64,000 nucleotides of DNA from Verrucomicrobiia bacterium (GTDB lineage: Bacteria; Verrucomicrobiota; Verrucomicrobiia; JABWAM01): assembly GCA_028687435.1 (NCBI GenBank), contig JAQUAF010000010.1:9176-73175 (forward strand), given 5' to 3'. The notes under the pieces were generated by a model. The model did not search any database, had not been told where the DNA came from, and saw only the letters and a list, made by a program, of their open reading frames with translations. Position 1 is the first letter of the stretch. The number at the start of each line of letters is the position of its first letter. The translations under genes were made by a program, and so were the position numbers. Of this stretch, positions 26,716-36,994 are shown in pieces.

Positions 26716-27796
26716 GATCTGAAACTCGCGGCAAAACGATTCTGAAGCTCGTGCCGTGATGCAGCCTGGTTTCGTATTCGATGATGCCGCCGTGCACTTC
26801 AACAATCCGGGCGGCAATGGGAAGGCCGAGTCCCGTTCCATCTTCCTTGGTTGTAAAAAATGGATCGAACAACCGATTGACAACTTCCGGGGGCATCCCC
26901 TTTCCGGTGTCGGCGATCTCAATGACAACAACATCCCTGCGGCGGCCAAAAAGCGTTTGCGAGGCCAATTCCGTCCGCAATGTCACGGAGCCCCCGCATT
27001 CAATGCTTTGCCCCGCGTTCTGGGTGAGATTGATAAGCACCTGTTTCATTTTTTGCGGATCCGCAAACAGCCACGCTTCTGGAGTTGTCTCCTGAATCAG
27101 GTGGACGGATCTCCTTGCCAGTTGGGGGCCGAGGAGATCGACCACATCGCGGACGATTTTCTCCACATTCAAGGGCTGGCATTCCAATTCTGTCGGACGG
27201 GCAAACTGGAGGAAATCATTTACAATCCGCTCCAGTCGATGGATCTCATCGCTGATCACCCGCACGTCATCCTGCAGTGAAATCTTGTCCGGAATGCTGC
27301 GTTTCAAACTAAACAGACGGACTTTGATGGCCGTCAGCGGGTTCCGGATCTCATGGGCAATGCCTGTCGCGAGAACCCCCAGGGATGCGAGTTTTTCATG
27401 GCGTTCAAGATAGATCCGATTTTCGTTCAGTTGAGCCCTGAGCGGCGCGATTAATCGCCGGTAAAAGACCGCCACCGTCATCGAGCCGGCCGCAGCCACC
27501 AACACAAGCGAAAAAAACCACACGCGCCGCAACGAATCGAGCGCATCATGTTGGGCGAAGGCTTGCGCGCCCCCTTCCTGTTTGGTTGCAAGGGAATGCC
27601 CCTCCAGAACCGAACGCAAGAGGTCGATCTGATGCCATGTGGCGCGTTGAATCCATGCCACAGCCGCAACCACAAGAATTGTCACAATCATGAATTCGAC
27701 AAGCCGGGCGCCTGCGCCGGCCTTTAGTGAAAGAATGCGCCGCCAGTTGCCTGCTGGCGTTCCGCCCTGAGCCGGATGGTATGAATTGATTGCCAT
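26684..27796 (-). CDS. Sensor histidine kinase (two TM segments, HisKA H-box GIAHEIRNP, HATPase_c)
   Basis: H-box and the N/G1/G2 boxes (DTGKGMP, GTGLGL). Overlaps the regulator start by 32 nt. Confidence 0.75.
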   Translation of the reverse strand: MAINSYHPAQGGTPAGNWRRILSLKAGAGARLVEFMIVTILVVAAVAWIQRATWHQIDLLRSVLEGHSLATKQEGGAQAFAQHDALDSLRRVWFFSLVLVAAAGSMTVAVFYRRLIAPLRAQLNENRIYLERHEKLASLGVLATGIAHEIRNPLTAIKVRLFSLKRSIPDKISLQDDVRVISDEIHRLERIVNDFLQFARPTELECQPLNVEKIVRDVVDLLGPQLARRSVHLIQETTPEAWLFADPQKMKQVLINLTQNAGQSIECGGSVTLRTELASQTLFGRRRDVVVIEIADTGKGMPPEVVNRLFDPFFTTKEDGTGLGLPIAARIVEVHGGIIEYETRLHHGTSFRIVLPRVSDHEEFSQNIAC

Positions 27797-27981
27797 ACAC
27801 TAAAATTCCAAAAACATCCGAGCCGCGCCATGAGAGGTCATTCAGGCTGGGGCTGGACGGATTGAATTCTAAAACACCGCCGCCATTGAATCAACACGCA
27901 AAAGTCATTTTGATCGGGTTTTGGATGAACAAAGAAGTCTTGAACCTTGATTTTTTCCTCTTTTTTCATCATTCTTTTTTC

Positions 27982-29688
27982 ATGGAGGAAATTCATTTTG
28001 CATCGTCCTCGCCTGGTGTTCTGGCGACTTTCGCGGGCGGTTTGGCTGCGGCAATAGTATTCGGTTTTCTTGCCCATCGCTTGAAACTATCCCCCATCGT
28101 GGGCTATCTTGTGGCCGGGATTGCGGTCGGCCCCTTCACGCCGGGCTTTGTCGCCAACCGGGCGATTGCGGAGCAGTTTGCCGAGATCGGCGTCATTCTT
28201 CTGCTTTTCGGGATCGGCCTGCGTTTTCATCTGCGCGAGTTGATTGCGGTATGGCGCATAGCGGTGCCGGGCGCGTTGATTCAAAGCGCCCTCTCCACCG
28301 GCATGCTGGCGTTGTTATTGTGGATGATGGGATGGAATTGGACCTCCGGCATCATCCTGGGAATGGCCATCTCGGTCGCCAGCACGGTTGTGATGGCGCT
28401 GGTGCTGGCCGGCCGTCGCGATCTTCATTCGCCCATCGGCTATATTGCCATCGGGTGGACCGTGGTGGAAGACATTCTCACGGTGGCCGTATTGCTGCTG
28501 CTTCCCATCATCTTTGCCCCGGACGCGGGCGCTCCGCAGGGGGTCTGGAACACACTTGGGCTTGCCGGAATCAAAATTGCCGGGCTCTTCGTTGTGGTGG
28601 TGGCGCTCGGACATTGGGCGATTCCATGGACGCTTGAAAAAATCGAAAAAACCCGGTCAGGCGAAATGTTCACCCTTGCCGTGCTGGTCTTTGCCACGGG
28701 AATCGCCGTCGGCGCAGCCCATTTCTTCGGGGTATCAATGGCGCTGGGCGCCTTTCTTGCGGGGCTGGCCGTCGGACGCTCCGAATTTGCGGCCCGGGCC
28801 GCCGGCGACGCGGTTCCCATGCGCGACGCATTTGCGGTGCTCTTCTTTGTCTCGGTTGGCATGCTGTTCGATCCTCGAAGCCTTTTGCAAACCCCCCTTG
28901 TGATCGGGATGGTGCTGCTGGTTGTGGTGATTGGCAAACCGGCCGCCGCCATGCTGACCGTTCGCGCGCTTGGCAAATCCATGTCCACAGCCATTCCGGT
29001 CGGAGCGGCCTTTTCCCAGGTTGGCGAGTTCAGCTTTATCCTCGGCGCGGTGGCCCGGGATCTTGGTCTGATCAACGACACCGGATGGAACGCCCTGGTG
29101 GCGGCTTCCATCATTTCAATCGCGCTAAACCCTTCCATCTACCGATGGGCGCGCCGTCTCTCGGCAACAGCCGCCAATCTTCCGCAAATTCCCGAAGATC
29201 AAAGGCCCGAGATCAATCCCAAACACTGCATCCTGGTGGGATACGGCCCGGTCGGCCAAATCGCGCATCGCATCCTCCTGGAACGGGGCGCCGCCGTCAC
29301 GGTGATTGATCTCAATCTCGATACCGTCCGCCGCCTGCGCTCCGATGGACATGACGCCCTGTATGGTGATATTCTCCGGCCGGGAACTCTCGCCGAGGCT
29401 GGCATTGCCACAACCGGCAGCCTGATTCTGAGCGCGGATATCGAGGATGCCGCTGAAATCATCAGGCAGGCTCTGATTCTGAATCCCAAACTTCGAGTCC
29501 TTGTGCGCTGCGCCCACCTTCGCGATGCCGCAGCGCTTCGTCGTGCGGGCGCCCATGTTGTCGCCGCCGGAGAAGCCGAGGTTGGAGTGGCCTTATCCGA
29601 GGCGGTTGCCTCCGGCAGCAAGGCGGATCCCGCCCAAGCTGCGGAGCTCCGGGAGACGATTCGAAAAAAACTCTACGACACCCCTTAG
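27982..29688 (+). CDS. Kef-type monovalent cation:proton antiporter (CPA2) with C-terminal RCK/TrkA-N domain
   Basis: About 12 TM segments then ILVGYGPVGQ Rossmann RCK domain. Start set at the Met before the first TM (MEEIHFASSSPGVL). Confidence 0.7.
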   Translation: MEEIHFASSSPGVLATFAGGLAAAIVFGFLAHRLKLSPIVGYLVAGIAVGPFTPGFVANRAIAEQFAEIGVILLLFGIGLRFHLRELIAVWRIAVPGALIQSALSTGMLALLLWMMGWNWTSGIILGMAISVASTVVMALVLAGRRDLHSPIGYIAIGWTVVEDILTVAVLLLLPIIFAPDAGAPQGVWNTLGLAGIKIAGLFVVVVALGHWAIPWTLEKIEKTRSGEMFTLAVLVFATGIAVGAAHFFGVSMALGAFLAGLAVGRSEFAARAAGDAVPMRDAFAVLFFVSVGMLFDPRSLLQTPLVIGMVLLVVVIGKPAAAMLTVRALGKSMSTAIPVGAAFSQVGEFSFILGAVARDLGLINDTGWNALVAASIISIALNPSIYRWARRLSATAANLPQIPEDQRPEINPKHCILVGYGPVGQIAHRILLERGAAVTVIDLNLDTVRRLRSDGHDALYGDILRPGTLAEAGIATTGSLILSADIEDAAEIIRQALILNPKLRVLVRCAHLRDAAALRRAGAHVVAAGEAEVGVALSEAVASGSKADPAQAAELRETIRKKLYDTP

Positions 29689-29762
29689 AGCCGCTCGATT
29701 CTTCGGGGGGTCATACCCTGGCGGCTCTGTGGCACGGTCTTGGCGCGTCCCAACTCCGCGGG

Positions 29763-31610
29763 TTATTCCACCGTCACGCTTTTGGCGAGGTTGCGTGGCT
29801 TGTCCACGTCGCAGCCGCGCAGGACGGCGATGTGGTAGGCCAGCAATTGGAGGGGGACGTTGGCGAGGAATGGATAGAGGGGATCGATGGTGGGGGGGAT
29901 GAAAATGACGTCATCGGCCTTCTTTGAGATGTCTTTGTTTCCTTCGGTTGCGATGGCGATGACCGGGCCTTTGCGGGCTTTGATTTCCTCGATATTGCTC
30001 ATGACCTTGTCGTAGGTGAGATCCGATGGGCAGATGAACACGCTGGGGGTGCGCTGGTCGATGAGGGCGATGGGGCCATGTTTCATTTCCGCCGACGGAT
30101 ATCCCTCGGCGTGGATGTAAGAGATTTCCTTGAGTTTGAGGGCGCCTTCGAGGGCCACGGGAAAGTTGAACTGGCGTCCGAGAAAGAGGGCGTCGCTGAT
30201 GTCCTTGTATTTTTCGGCGATCTTGCGGATGGCGTTGTTTTGCTTGAGCACCGCTTCGATTTTGCCGGGGATGGCCTCCAGTTCGGAAATGAAATGGGCG
30301 CCTTGGGTGAAGGAGAGATGCCGGAGGCGGGCAAGATGGAGGGCCACCAGGGCCAGGGCCGTGACCTGGCAGGTGAAAGCCTTGGTGGAAGCCACTCCGA
30401 CCTCGGGACCGGCGCGCAGATAGACGCCGCCGTCGGATTCGCGGGCGATGGTGCTGCCGACCACGTTGCAGATGCCCAGAACCTTGTGGCCCTTGCGTTT
30501 TGCCTCGCGCATGGCGGCCAGGGTGTCGGCTGTTTCGCCGGATTGGGTGATGGCAAAAAGGACGGTGTTTTTGTCGATGGGCGGGTTGCGGTAGCGAAAT
30601 TCGCTGGCGTAATCCACTTCGCAGGGGACGCGGGCGATTTCCTCGATCAAATATTCGCCCACCAACGCGGCATGCCAAGAGGTGCCGCAGGCGGTCATGA
30701 TGATGCGATCCACCTGCCGCAATTCGCTGCTGGTGAGGTTGAGCCCTCCCAGGGCGGTGGAAGCTTCCTCTTTGTTAAACCGTCCCCGGAGGGTGTTCTG
30801 CATGGCCTTGGGCTGCTCGAAAATTTCCTTGAGCATGTAATGGGGAAAATCGCCCTTTTCGGCGTCGCCGGCATCGTGGGCCACCTTGCTGATCTGGACC
30901 TGGGTTTTGCATTCGTCAAGACTGGAGACTTGGAACTGGTCGGGGTAAACCGTGGCGATCTGGCGGTCTTCCAGATAGGCGACGTCGCGGGTGTGGGAGA
31001 CGATGGCATTGACGTCGCTGGCGAGAAAGTTTTCGTTTTTGCCGACTCCCACGATCAGGGGACTGCCCCGCCGGGCGCCGACCAGCAGGTTTGGGCAATC
31101 CGCGCAGAGCACGGCAATGCCATAGGTGCCGGTGACCAGGCGAAGGGCTTCATTGATTCCCTTGAGAAGGGAGGATTCTCCGTTTGCGCCGGCTTCCTGA
31201 TAGTGTTTGCCGATCAGGTGGGCGAGAACTTCCGTGTCGGTTTCGGAGACAAAACGGTGTCCCTCGGACATCAGGCGTTCCTTGAGAAGTTGATGGTTTT
31301 CGATCACGCCGTTATGGACGATGGCAATCCGTCCGCTGCCGTCGAAATGGGGATGTGAATTGGCGTCGGTGGGCGCGCCATGGGTGGCCCACCGTGTGTG
31401 GCTGATGCCGATGGTTCCGGAGAGAGGCTGTTCGGCGATGAGGGAGGAGAGGGCGTCGATGCGGCCGGTTTTTTTGCGGGTTTGGATGCGTCCGTCCAGG
31501 AAAACGCCGACGCCGGCGGAGTCATAGCCGCGATATTCCAGCCGCCGCAATCCCTCGATCAGGATGGGGGTGGCGGGACGAAATCCGATGTAGCCAACGA
31601 TGCCGCACAT
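29763..31610 (-). CDS. glmS: Glutamine--fructose-6-phosphate aminotransferase
   Basis: MCGIVGY N-terminus (Cys nucleophile), two SIS domains, terminal ...VTVE; 615 aa. Confidence 0.9.
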   Translation of the reverse strand: MCGIVGYIGFRPATPILIEGLRRLEYRGYDSAGVGVFLDGRIQTRKKTGRIDALSSLIAEQPLSGTIGISHTRWATHGAPTDANSHPHFDGSGRIAIVHNGVIENHQLLKERLMSEGHRFVSETDTEVLAHLIGKHYQEAGANGESSLLKGINEALRLVTGTYGIAVLCADCPNLLVGARRGSPLIVGVGKNENFLASDVNAIVSHTRDVAYLEDRQIATVYPDQFQVSSLDECKTQVQISKVAHDAGDAEKGDFPHYMLKEIFEQPKAMQNTLRGRFNKEEASTALGGLNLTSSELRQVDRIIMTACGTSWHAALVGEYLIEEIARVPCEVDYASEFRYRNPPIDKNTVLFAITQSGETADTLAAMREAKRKGHKVLGICNVVGSTIARESDGGVYLRAGPEVGVASTKAFTCQVTALALVALHLARLRHLSFTQGAHFISELEAIPGKIEAVLKQNNAIRKIAEKYKDISDALFLGRQFNFPVALEGALKLKEISYIHAEGYPSAEMKHGPIALIDQRTPSVFICPSDLTYDKVMSNIEEIKARKGPVIAIATEGNKDISKKADDVIFIPPTIDPLYPFLANVPLQLLAYHIAVLRGCDVDKPRNLAKSVTVE

Positions 31611-31654
31611 AGTGACGGCAATATAGCGGAAACTTTGTGGAAGACCAGCGAGAT

Positions 31655-32857
31655 TCAGGATTCGCAGGGCGGCGTCTCTTGGGATTTGAAGAAGATGGCG
31701 AAAAGGAGCAGAACAACGCCCGCGCCGGCGGCGGGAATCAGCCAGATGGTTTGCCAGTGATGCGTTCCGGCGGCGGCCGCAAAATGCTGGACCACCGATC
31801 CGGAGAGCCATGAGCCGATGAACATGCCCATGCCCAGGGTGACAAAGGCGATGAATCCCTGCGCCGCCGCCCGGATATGCCGGGGCGCCTCCTGGTCCAC
31901 AAAAATCTGGCCGGTGACAAAGAAAAAGTCGTAGCAGATCCCATGGAGCAGGATGCCCGCGTAGAGAAGCCAGACCATGGACTGGTTGTCGCCAAAGGCG
32001 AAAAGCAGATATCGGGCCGTCCACGCCAGCATGCCGGCCAGCAGCATCTTTTTGACCCCCAGCCGGGCGAAGAAGAAGGGCATGACCACCATGAAGAAGA
32101 TTTCCGACATTTGTCCCATGGTCATTTTGCCGGCGGCGTTTATGACGCCGATTTCGTTCAGGAAGGGATTGGTGAAGGCGTAGTAAAACTGGAGAGGGAT
32201 GCAGATGAGGAAAGAACCGGCGACAAAGATGGCGAAAGAGGGTTTTTTGAGCAGTTGGAGGGCTTCAATTCCCAAAATGCCGCCGAAGGTGATCGGGGCG
32301 CCGGTTCGCTTCGGCGGGGTATGGGGAAGGGTGAGGCAGTACAGCCCCATCAGGATGGATGCGCCGCCGGCGATTTTCATGGGCATCGATGCCGCCTCAA
32401 GCCTGAGTTGTCCGATGATCAGGCCGGCGATGATCCAGCCAATGGTGCCAAAGACGCGGACTCCGGGAAAATCCCTGCCGGAGTTTTCCATGTGATGAAA
32501 ACAAAGCGAGTTGGTCAACGCGAGTGTCGGCATGTAGCAGAGGGTGTGGCCGATCAGGGCGGCATAGAAGATGCCGAAGGATGACAGGGATGAAACCAGG
32601 ATCAGGATGATGCCGCCGGCCATGTGGAGAATGGCCAGGATTTTTTCCGTGGCGAAAAAACGGTCGGCAATAAGGCCGACAAAGAAAGGCGAAACCATGG
32701 CGGCAATGGCGGTGCTGCCATAGGCCAGTCCGATCTGGCCGCCGCTGAAGCGGAGGGTGGTTCCAAGATAGGTTCCCATGGTGACATACCATGCGCCCCA
32801 GATGAAATACTGGAGAAAGATCATGGCCGAAAGGCGGGAACGCAGCAGAAGATCCAT
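31655..32857 (-). CDS. Nucleoside:H+ symporter (NupG/XapB-like MFS permease)
   Basis: Collinear with NupG: [35 protein letters not shown]-terminal WQTIWLI; 12 TM. Confidence 0.65.
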   Translation of the reverse strand: MDLLLRSRLSAMIFLQYFIWGAWYVTMGTYLGTTLRFSGGQIGLAYGSTAIAAMVSPFFVGLIADRFFATEKILAILHMAGGIILILVSSLSSFGIFYAALIGHTLCYMPTLALTNSLCFHHMENSGRDFPGVRVFGTIGWIIAGLIIGQLRLEAASMPMKIAGGASILMGLYCLTLPHTPPKRTGAPITFGGILGIEALQLLKKPSFAIFVAGSFLICIPLQFYYAFTNPFLNEIGVINAAGKMTMGQMSEIFFMVVMPFFFARLGVKKMLLAGMLAWTARYLLFAFGDNQSMVWLLYAGILLHGICYDFFFVTGQIFVDQEAPRHIRAAAQGFIAFVTLGMGMFIGSWLSGSVVQHFAAAAGTHHWQTIWLIPAAGAGVVLLLFAIFFKSQETPPCES

Positions 32858-32898
32858 GGAGGCGAGATCTACAGGAAAAGGAGGTGGGTTTCAATGCC

Positions 32899-33621
32899 CT
32901 ACTGGTTCCAGATCCGGTTGCCCAAGTCGCCCAAGTGCACATAGATCAGTTCGCCTCTTTCGAGCAATTCGACATATCCCGAGTTGGTGCGCCAGTTTTC
33001 CCGGATTTCCACGATGGGAGGACGGTCGCCTTTTTGTTTGCCGGGCCAATGGCAGGTGGCGCCCAGCCGGTAGCGTTCGCCCCGTTTGGGGAATTTGTGT
33101 TCGGGGGATGTGGATTCGGCTGCTTCGCCTTTCTTTTCCGGTTTGTGCGGGCTGAGAAGCTGGATGTGGCAGTTTTCGTCGCGGTATTCGTCGTGGGAAT
33201 ACAGCTTTTCCGCCAGCGTCCAGAATCCCGGACTCCCATAGGCGCGGTCATTGTGCGCGTCGGTGATCAGGATGATCTGATGTTGGGGGGAGGCCCATTG
33301 CAATGCCTCGGCATCATGCGGCAGGACCGGGGAGGGACACGAAAAAAGAATCACATCGATCAAGGATTGATTGAGATGCAGGGTCTGGCGGTCGAATGGT
33401 TTGTTGGAGACGACGCAGGAACGGGAGAGGTCGATGTCCGGATTGGGAGGGTATCGTCCGGTGACAAACCAGGATTTGGCCGAGGCGGCCAGCCATTCCG
33501 CCACAAAAGGGGAATCCTCGTCGCCTATGTCCAGCACCCGTTTTTCGAGGGTGAGATTTTTCAGGAATGTCAGCCAGCCATTTTCCATGGGTTTGAATAT
33601 TTTGTTGATCATCGATAACAT
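32899..33621 (-). CDS. Hypothetical protein (weak SAM-methyltransferase-like VLDIG motif)
   Basis: 240-aa ORF from an internal Met; divergent from murA. The antisense + strand ORF is low-complexity. Confidence 0.3.
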   Translation of the reverse strand: MLSMINKIFKPMENGWLTFLKNLTLEKRVLDIGDEDSPFVAEWLAASAKSWFVTGRYPPNPDIDLSRSCVVSNKPFDRQTLHLNQSLIDVILFSCPSPVLPHDAEALQWASPQHQIILITDAHNDRAYGSPGFWTLAEKLYSHDEYRDENCHIQLLSPHKPEKKGEAAESTSPEHKFPKRGERYRLGATCHWPGKQKGDRPPIVEIRENWRTNSGYVELLERGELIYVHLGDLGNRIWNQ

Positions 33622-33744
33622 GGTTTTGTGCTGGCAAGCCAAAAATCTGCAATTATTCGGGGAACGCAGGATTTCCTCTTTTGCGGAATGGGAGGCAAAG
33701 CTTCCTTGCTTGCTTTTGCGCAAAGGTTGCGGAAATCTGGTTTT

Positions 33745-35010
33745 ATGGATCGTATTGTGATTGAAGGCGGGGTTCCCCTCCGCGGTGAAGTGGTGGTCAG
33801 CGGTTCGAAAAATTCAACCCTGCCCATCCTGGCAGCCACTTTGATGACCTCCGAACCGTGTGTGATCCGGCATGTGCCGGATTTGAGCGATGTGAGATTC
33901 ATGCTCGACATCATCCGGTACCTGGGAGCGGAAGTGACCCAGCCGGACAAAAACACGGTGCGCATCCACGCAGCCAGGCTTCAAGGGGTGGCGCCTTATG
34001 ATTTGGTTCGCAAGATGCGGGCGTCGGTATGTCTTCTGGGGCCGCTGGTCGTGCGGTTGAAGAGTTGCAGGGTGTCGATTCCGGGGGGATGTGTCATCGG
34101 GCCGAGGCCGATTGATTTGCATATCAAAGGACTTAACGCGCTGGGGGCCGGTTTGACTCTTGAGGAAGGTTATGTGGTGGCGCACGCGCAGGGATTGAAG
34201 GGAACCCGGGTGGGCATGGGTGGGAGGTATGGTTCCACCGTGTTGGGCACCGCCAATGTCATGATGGCGGCCTGTCTGGCTGAGGGGATGACGGTGATTG
34301 AGAATGCCGCCATCGAACCTGAACTGCTGGATCTTGCCGATTTTCTGAATGCCATGGGGGCGCGAGTGAGCGGCCATGGCACCGCCACGATTGTGGTGGA
34401 GGGGACCGGGAAATTGCACGGGGCGGATTACCGGGTGATTCCCGACCGGATGGAGGCTGGAACGTTTCTGGCGGCGGCGGCCATCACTCGCGGTGATGTG
34501 TTGGTGAAACAGATAATGCCCGGGCATGTCTTGGCGGTCAACCGTGTGCTTGAGGAGGCCGGTTTTGACCTGACCTCCGGACCGGACTGGGTGCGGCTGC
34601 GGACGGTGGGAGAAACCAGGGCACAGGATGTGGTGACCAATCCCTATCCTGGATTTCCGACCGACATGCAGGCCCAGATGATGGCTTTGATGTGTGTGAC
34701 TCCTGGGGCCAGTGTTTTTACCGAACGGGTTTTCCCGGACCGGTTCATGCATGTTTCGGAATTGCAGCGCATGGGCGCCCAGATTGAGATGGAGGGGGCC
34801 ACGGCGGTGGTGAAGGGGGTTGATCATTTGAGCGCGGCGCCGGTGATGGCTTCCGATCTGCGGGCTTCCGCGGCCCTGATGCTGGCGGGGCTGGTGGCGC
34901 GAGGCAAAACCGAGATCCGGCGTGTCTATCATATTGACCGGGGGTATGAACACATCGACGACAAACTGCGGGCGCTGGGAGCGCGGATTCAACGGGTGCG
35001 CGAAACTTGA
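33745..35010 (+). CDS. murA: UDP-N-acetylglucosamine 1-carboxyvinyltransferase
   Basis: MDRIVIEGG...LRGEVVVSGSKNS...active-site region; 421 aa. Confidence 0.9.
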   Translation: MDRIVIEGGVPLRGEVVVSGSKNSTLPILAATLMTSEPCVIRHVPDLSDVRFMLDIIRYLGAEVTQPDKNTVRIHAARLQGVAPYDLVRKMRASVCLLGPLVVRLKSCRVSIPGGCVIGPRPIDLHIKGLNALGAGLTLEEGYVVAHAQGLKGTRVGMGGRYGSTVLGTANVMMAACLAEGMTVIENAAIEPELLDLADFLNAMGARVSGHGTATIVVEGTGKLHGADYRVIPDRMEAGTFLAAAAITRGDVLVKQIMPGHVLAVNRVLEEAGFDLTSGPDWVRLRTVGETRAQDVVTNPYPGFPTDMQAQMMALMCVTPGASVFTERVFPDRFMHVSELQRMGAQIEMEGATAVVKGVDHLSAAPVMASDLRASAALMLAGLVARGKTEIRRVYHIDRGYEHIDDKLRALGARIQRVRET

Positions 35011-35066
35011 TTTTCATCACATTGATCTTGCCTCAAAGGGCGTGTCTGCACTAATCATAGGACCTC

Positions 35067-35453
35067 ATGGATATTCGCGACATACCCATTCGAGTCATCC
35101 GGCGGCGGATGGTTTTCGGGGATTTGGAAGCGCCGACCGAAACGACCATGTCTTTGGGGGAAAAGGTGGATGCGTTTTTCAAGCTTTTTGGCTCTTTGCC
35201 GCTGTCCATTCGCAATGCGTTGCTGGTGTTGATGACCAAGGGGAAGATTCAAATCGAATATGATGACGGATCAAACGAGCGCATGGAGTTGCAGGACATA
35301 AAAAGTGTTGTGCAGGAATTCGAGGCGGTGGAAGCCCTGAACAAGTATGCCACCCTGTCCATTGCCTCAAAGCACGAGGGGAATATCACCCAGCGGGTGA
35401 TGGTCCAGCCCATTTACAAACGCAAACTGCCCAATCTGGGCGGAAAGAAATAG
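35067..35453 (+). CDS. Hypothetical protein
   Basis: 128-aa ORF with ordinary composition; no recognisable motif. Confidence 0.3.
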   Translation: MDIRDIPIRVIRRRMVFGDLEAPTETTMSLGEKVDAFFKLFGSLPLSIRNALLVLMTKGKIQIEYDDGSNERMELQDIKSVVQEFEAVEALNKYATLSIASKHEGNITQRVMVQPIYKRKLPNLGGKK

Positions 35454-35479
35454 CCGGCATCGGCTTTCTGACGGGAAGA

Positions 35480-35555
35480 TGGTGCGCCGTGCAGGGATCG
35501 AACCTGCGACCCAGTGATTAAGAGTCACTTGCTCTACCAGCTGAGCTAACGGCGC
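35480..35555 (-). tRNA. tRNA-Lys (anticodon CTT), CCA encoded
   Basis: rc = GCGCCGTTAGCTCAGCTGGTAGAGCAAGTGACTCTTAATCACTGGGTCGCAGGTTCGATCCCTGCACGGCGCACCA. Cloverleaf: 7-bp acceptor, D arm GCTC/GAGC, anticodon loop CTCTTAA, T arm GCAGG/CCTGC. Confidence 0.9.
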
Positions 35556-35744
35556 AATTTCGGAGGGAAACCCGGGTTGCCACCTGTTTTTCCACTCTTA
35601 AATCCATCGTGGTCATCGCAACGCACTCAAACCTTTTCCTCCCGATGCCGGGGGAGAGGCAGGCGTTGTGATGAGGGGTTGGACACTACTGAAAAGCGGG
35701 TTGGGGAGTCAAGGGTGAAGAAGAGATGAACCCTGGCGGCGACG

Positions 35745-36842
35745 CTAACGTTTGGCCGGTTTAGCCGGTTTGGCCGGTTTGGTTGGAGCGGTGGGGGTGG
35801 CGGGAGCGGGCTGCGGAGGTGTTGCTTGGGCCAGACGGGCCAGTTCACGGGCTGCCATGAGCGCTCCGATCCGGATTTCCCGGTTTTCCTTGTCATTTTT
35901 CACCACGGTTTCCAGGGAGGGAAGACCATTGGTGTCACGGAGTCTGACCATGGTGGCAATGGCTTCCATCCGGATGCGCGCATCCCCATCGCCAAGTTTC
36001 TTGCGAACATCCTGGATGACAGACTGATTCTGGAGCTGGCCCAAGGCGGAAAGGGCATTGCGGCGGATTTCCCAATCCTTATCGTCGAGGCAGTTTTTAA
36101 GAATGGGCAGTCCTTCGGGAGATTGAAGCTTGGCCAGCGCCATGGCGGCGGTAATCTGGGTGGGTTGATGGGAACTGGAAAGGGCCTTGAGCAGTTCGGG
36201 TTTTTGCTGGGGGGTTGTCAGTTCGCAGATGGCCCGGCTGGCGGTGTGGCGCACATAGGCTTCCTCATCTCCCACCAGCTTGATCAGATCGGGAATGACG
36301 GATGGATCGCCCATTTTCCGCAGGGCATCAATCGCATCCGAACGTACGGACCAGTTCTTGTCGGATAGAGCCCTGCGCAGGCCGGCTCCTGACTGGGTGG
36401 CTTTCATTTCCCCCAACCCGGCAATGGCCGCCCGCCGGACTTCCACATCGCGATCATTGATCAATTTTTGCAGACGTCCGATGCTCTCCGCATCCCTCAT
36501 CAGCCCCGCCAGCCGGGCTGCGCCCATGCGTACCTTGGGATCTGAATGAGACAGGGCTCCTGTCAGATAATGACGTTTGGGGAATTTTTTGGTTATTTCA
36601 GCGCAAGCCACCTGGGCCACATCCAAGCGTCCCATCTGGAGAAGGATGGTGATATAAGCCTCCTGCAGTCTTGGATCCTTTTGATTGGCGCGAATTTCAT
36701 CCCTCAAAAGATTGAGGGCTTTGTCGTATTCCTTCACCTCCGCCAGCGTTTCAGCCTTTTTGATGACGTGACGCGATGATGGACTGCAACCGGCAATGAA
36801 AATCATTGATGCAAACAGCAGGATGAAAGGACGGAAATTCAT
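35745..36842 (-). CDS. HEAT-repeat (PBS-lyase-type) lipoprotein with C-terminal PAKPAKPAK tail
   Basis: Lipobox LIAGC; repeated HEAT-like units (..VR..A..ALG...); Pro/Ala/Lys-rich C-terminus. Confidence 0.6.
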   Translation of the reverse strand: MNFRPFILLFASMIFIAGCSPSSRHVIKKAETLAEVKEYDKALNLLRDEIRANQKDPRLQEAYITILLQMGRLDVAQVACAEITKKFPKRHYLTGALSHSDPKVRMGAARLAGLMRDAESIGRLQKLINDRDVEVRRAAIAGLGEMKATQSGAGLRRALSDKNWSVRSDAIDALRKMGDPSVIPDLIKLVGDEEAYVRHTASRAICELTTPQQKPELLKALSSSHQPTQITAAMALAKLQSPEGLPILKNCLDDKDWEIRRNALSALGQLQNQSVIQDVRKKLGDGDARIRMEAIATMVRLRDTNGLPSLETVVKNDKENREIRIGALMAARELARLAQATPPQPAPATPTAPTKPAKPAKPAKR

Positions 36843-36994
36843 GAAGCATAGTTAGGCAGAATCACCATCGGGAAGCAAGTCTGAGGTGAAATTCGGCGGT
36901 CAAGATTCGTGGTTGCACGGATTGCCGCGTTTGGCGTTTGAAGAACGGGCGGGGGGCATGGCGGAATTGCAATCAACTGCAGGAGAGTTGCTGT

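Noticed and set aside
30078-31358. 426-aa ORF on the plus strand
   Set aside because: Antisense to glmS, whose MCGIVGY/SIS motifs are clear. The translation is G/A/D-rich low complexity.
32884-33618. 244-aa ORF on the plus strand opposite the 32899..33621 gene
   Set aside because: G/A/F-rich low-complexity translation. The minus-strand frame looks more protein-like, though neither is certain.
33814-34992. 392-aa ORF on the minus strand
   Set aside because: Antisense to murA.
35480-35555. tRNA-Lys as the integration site of the phage-like element
   Set aside because: It is 22 kb from the integrase with many housekeeping genes in between. No phage genes flank it.
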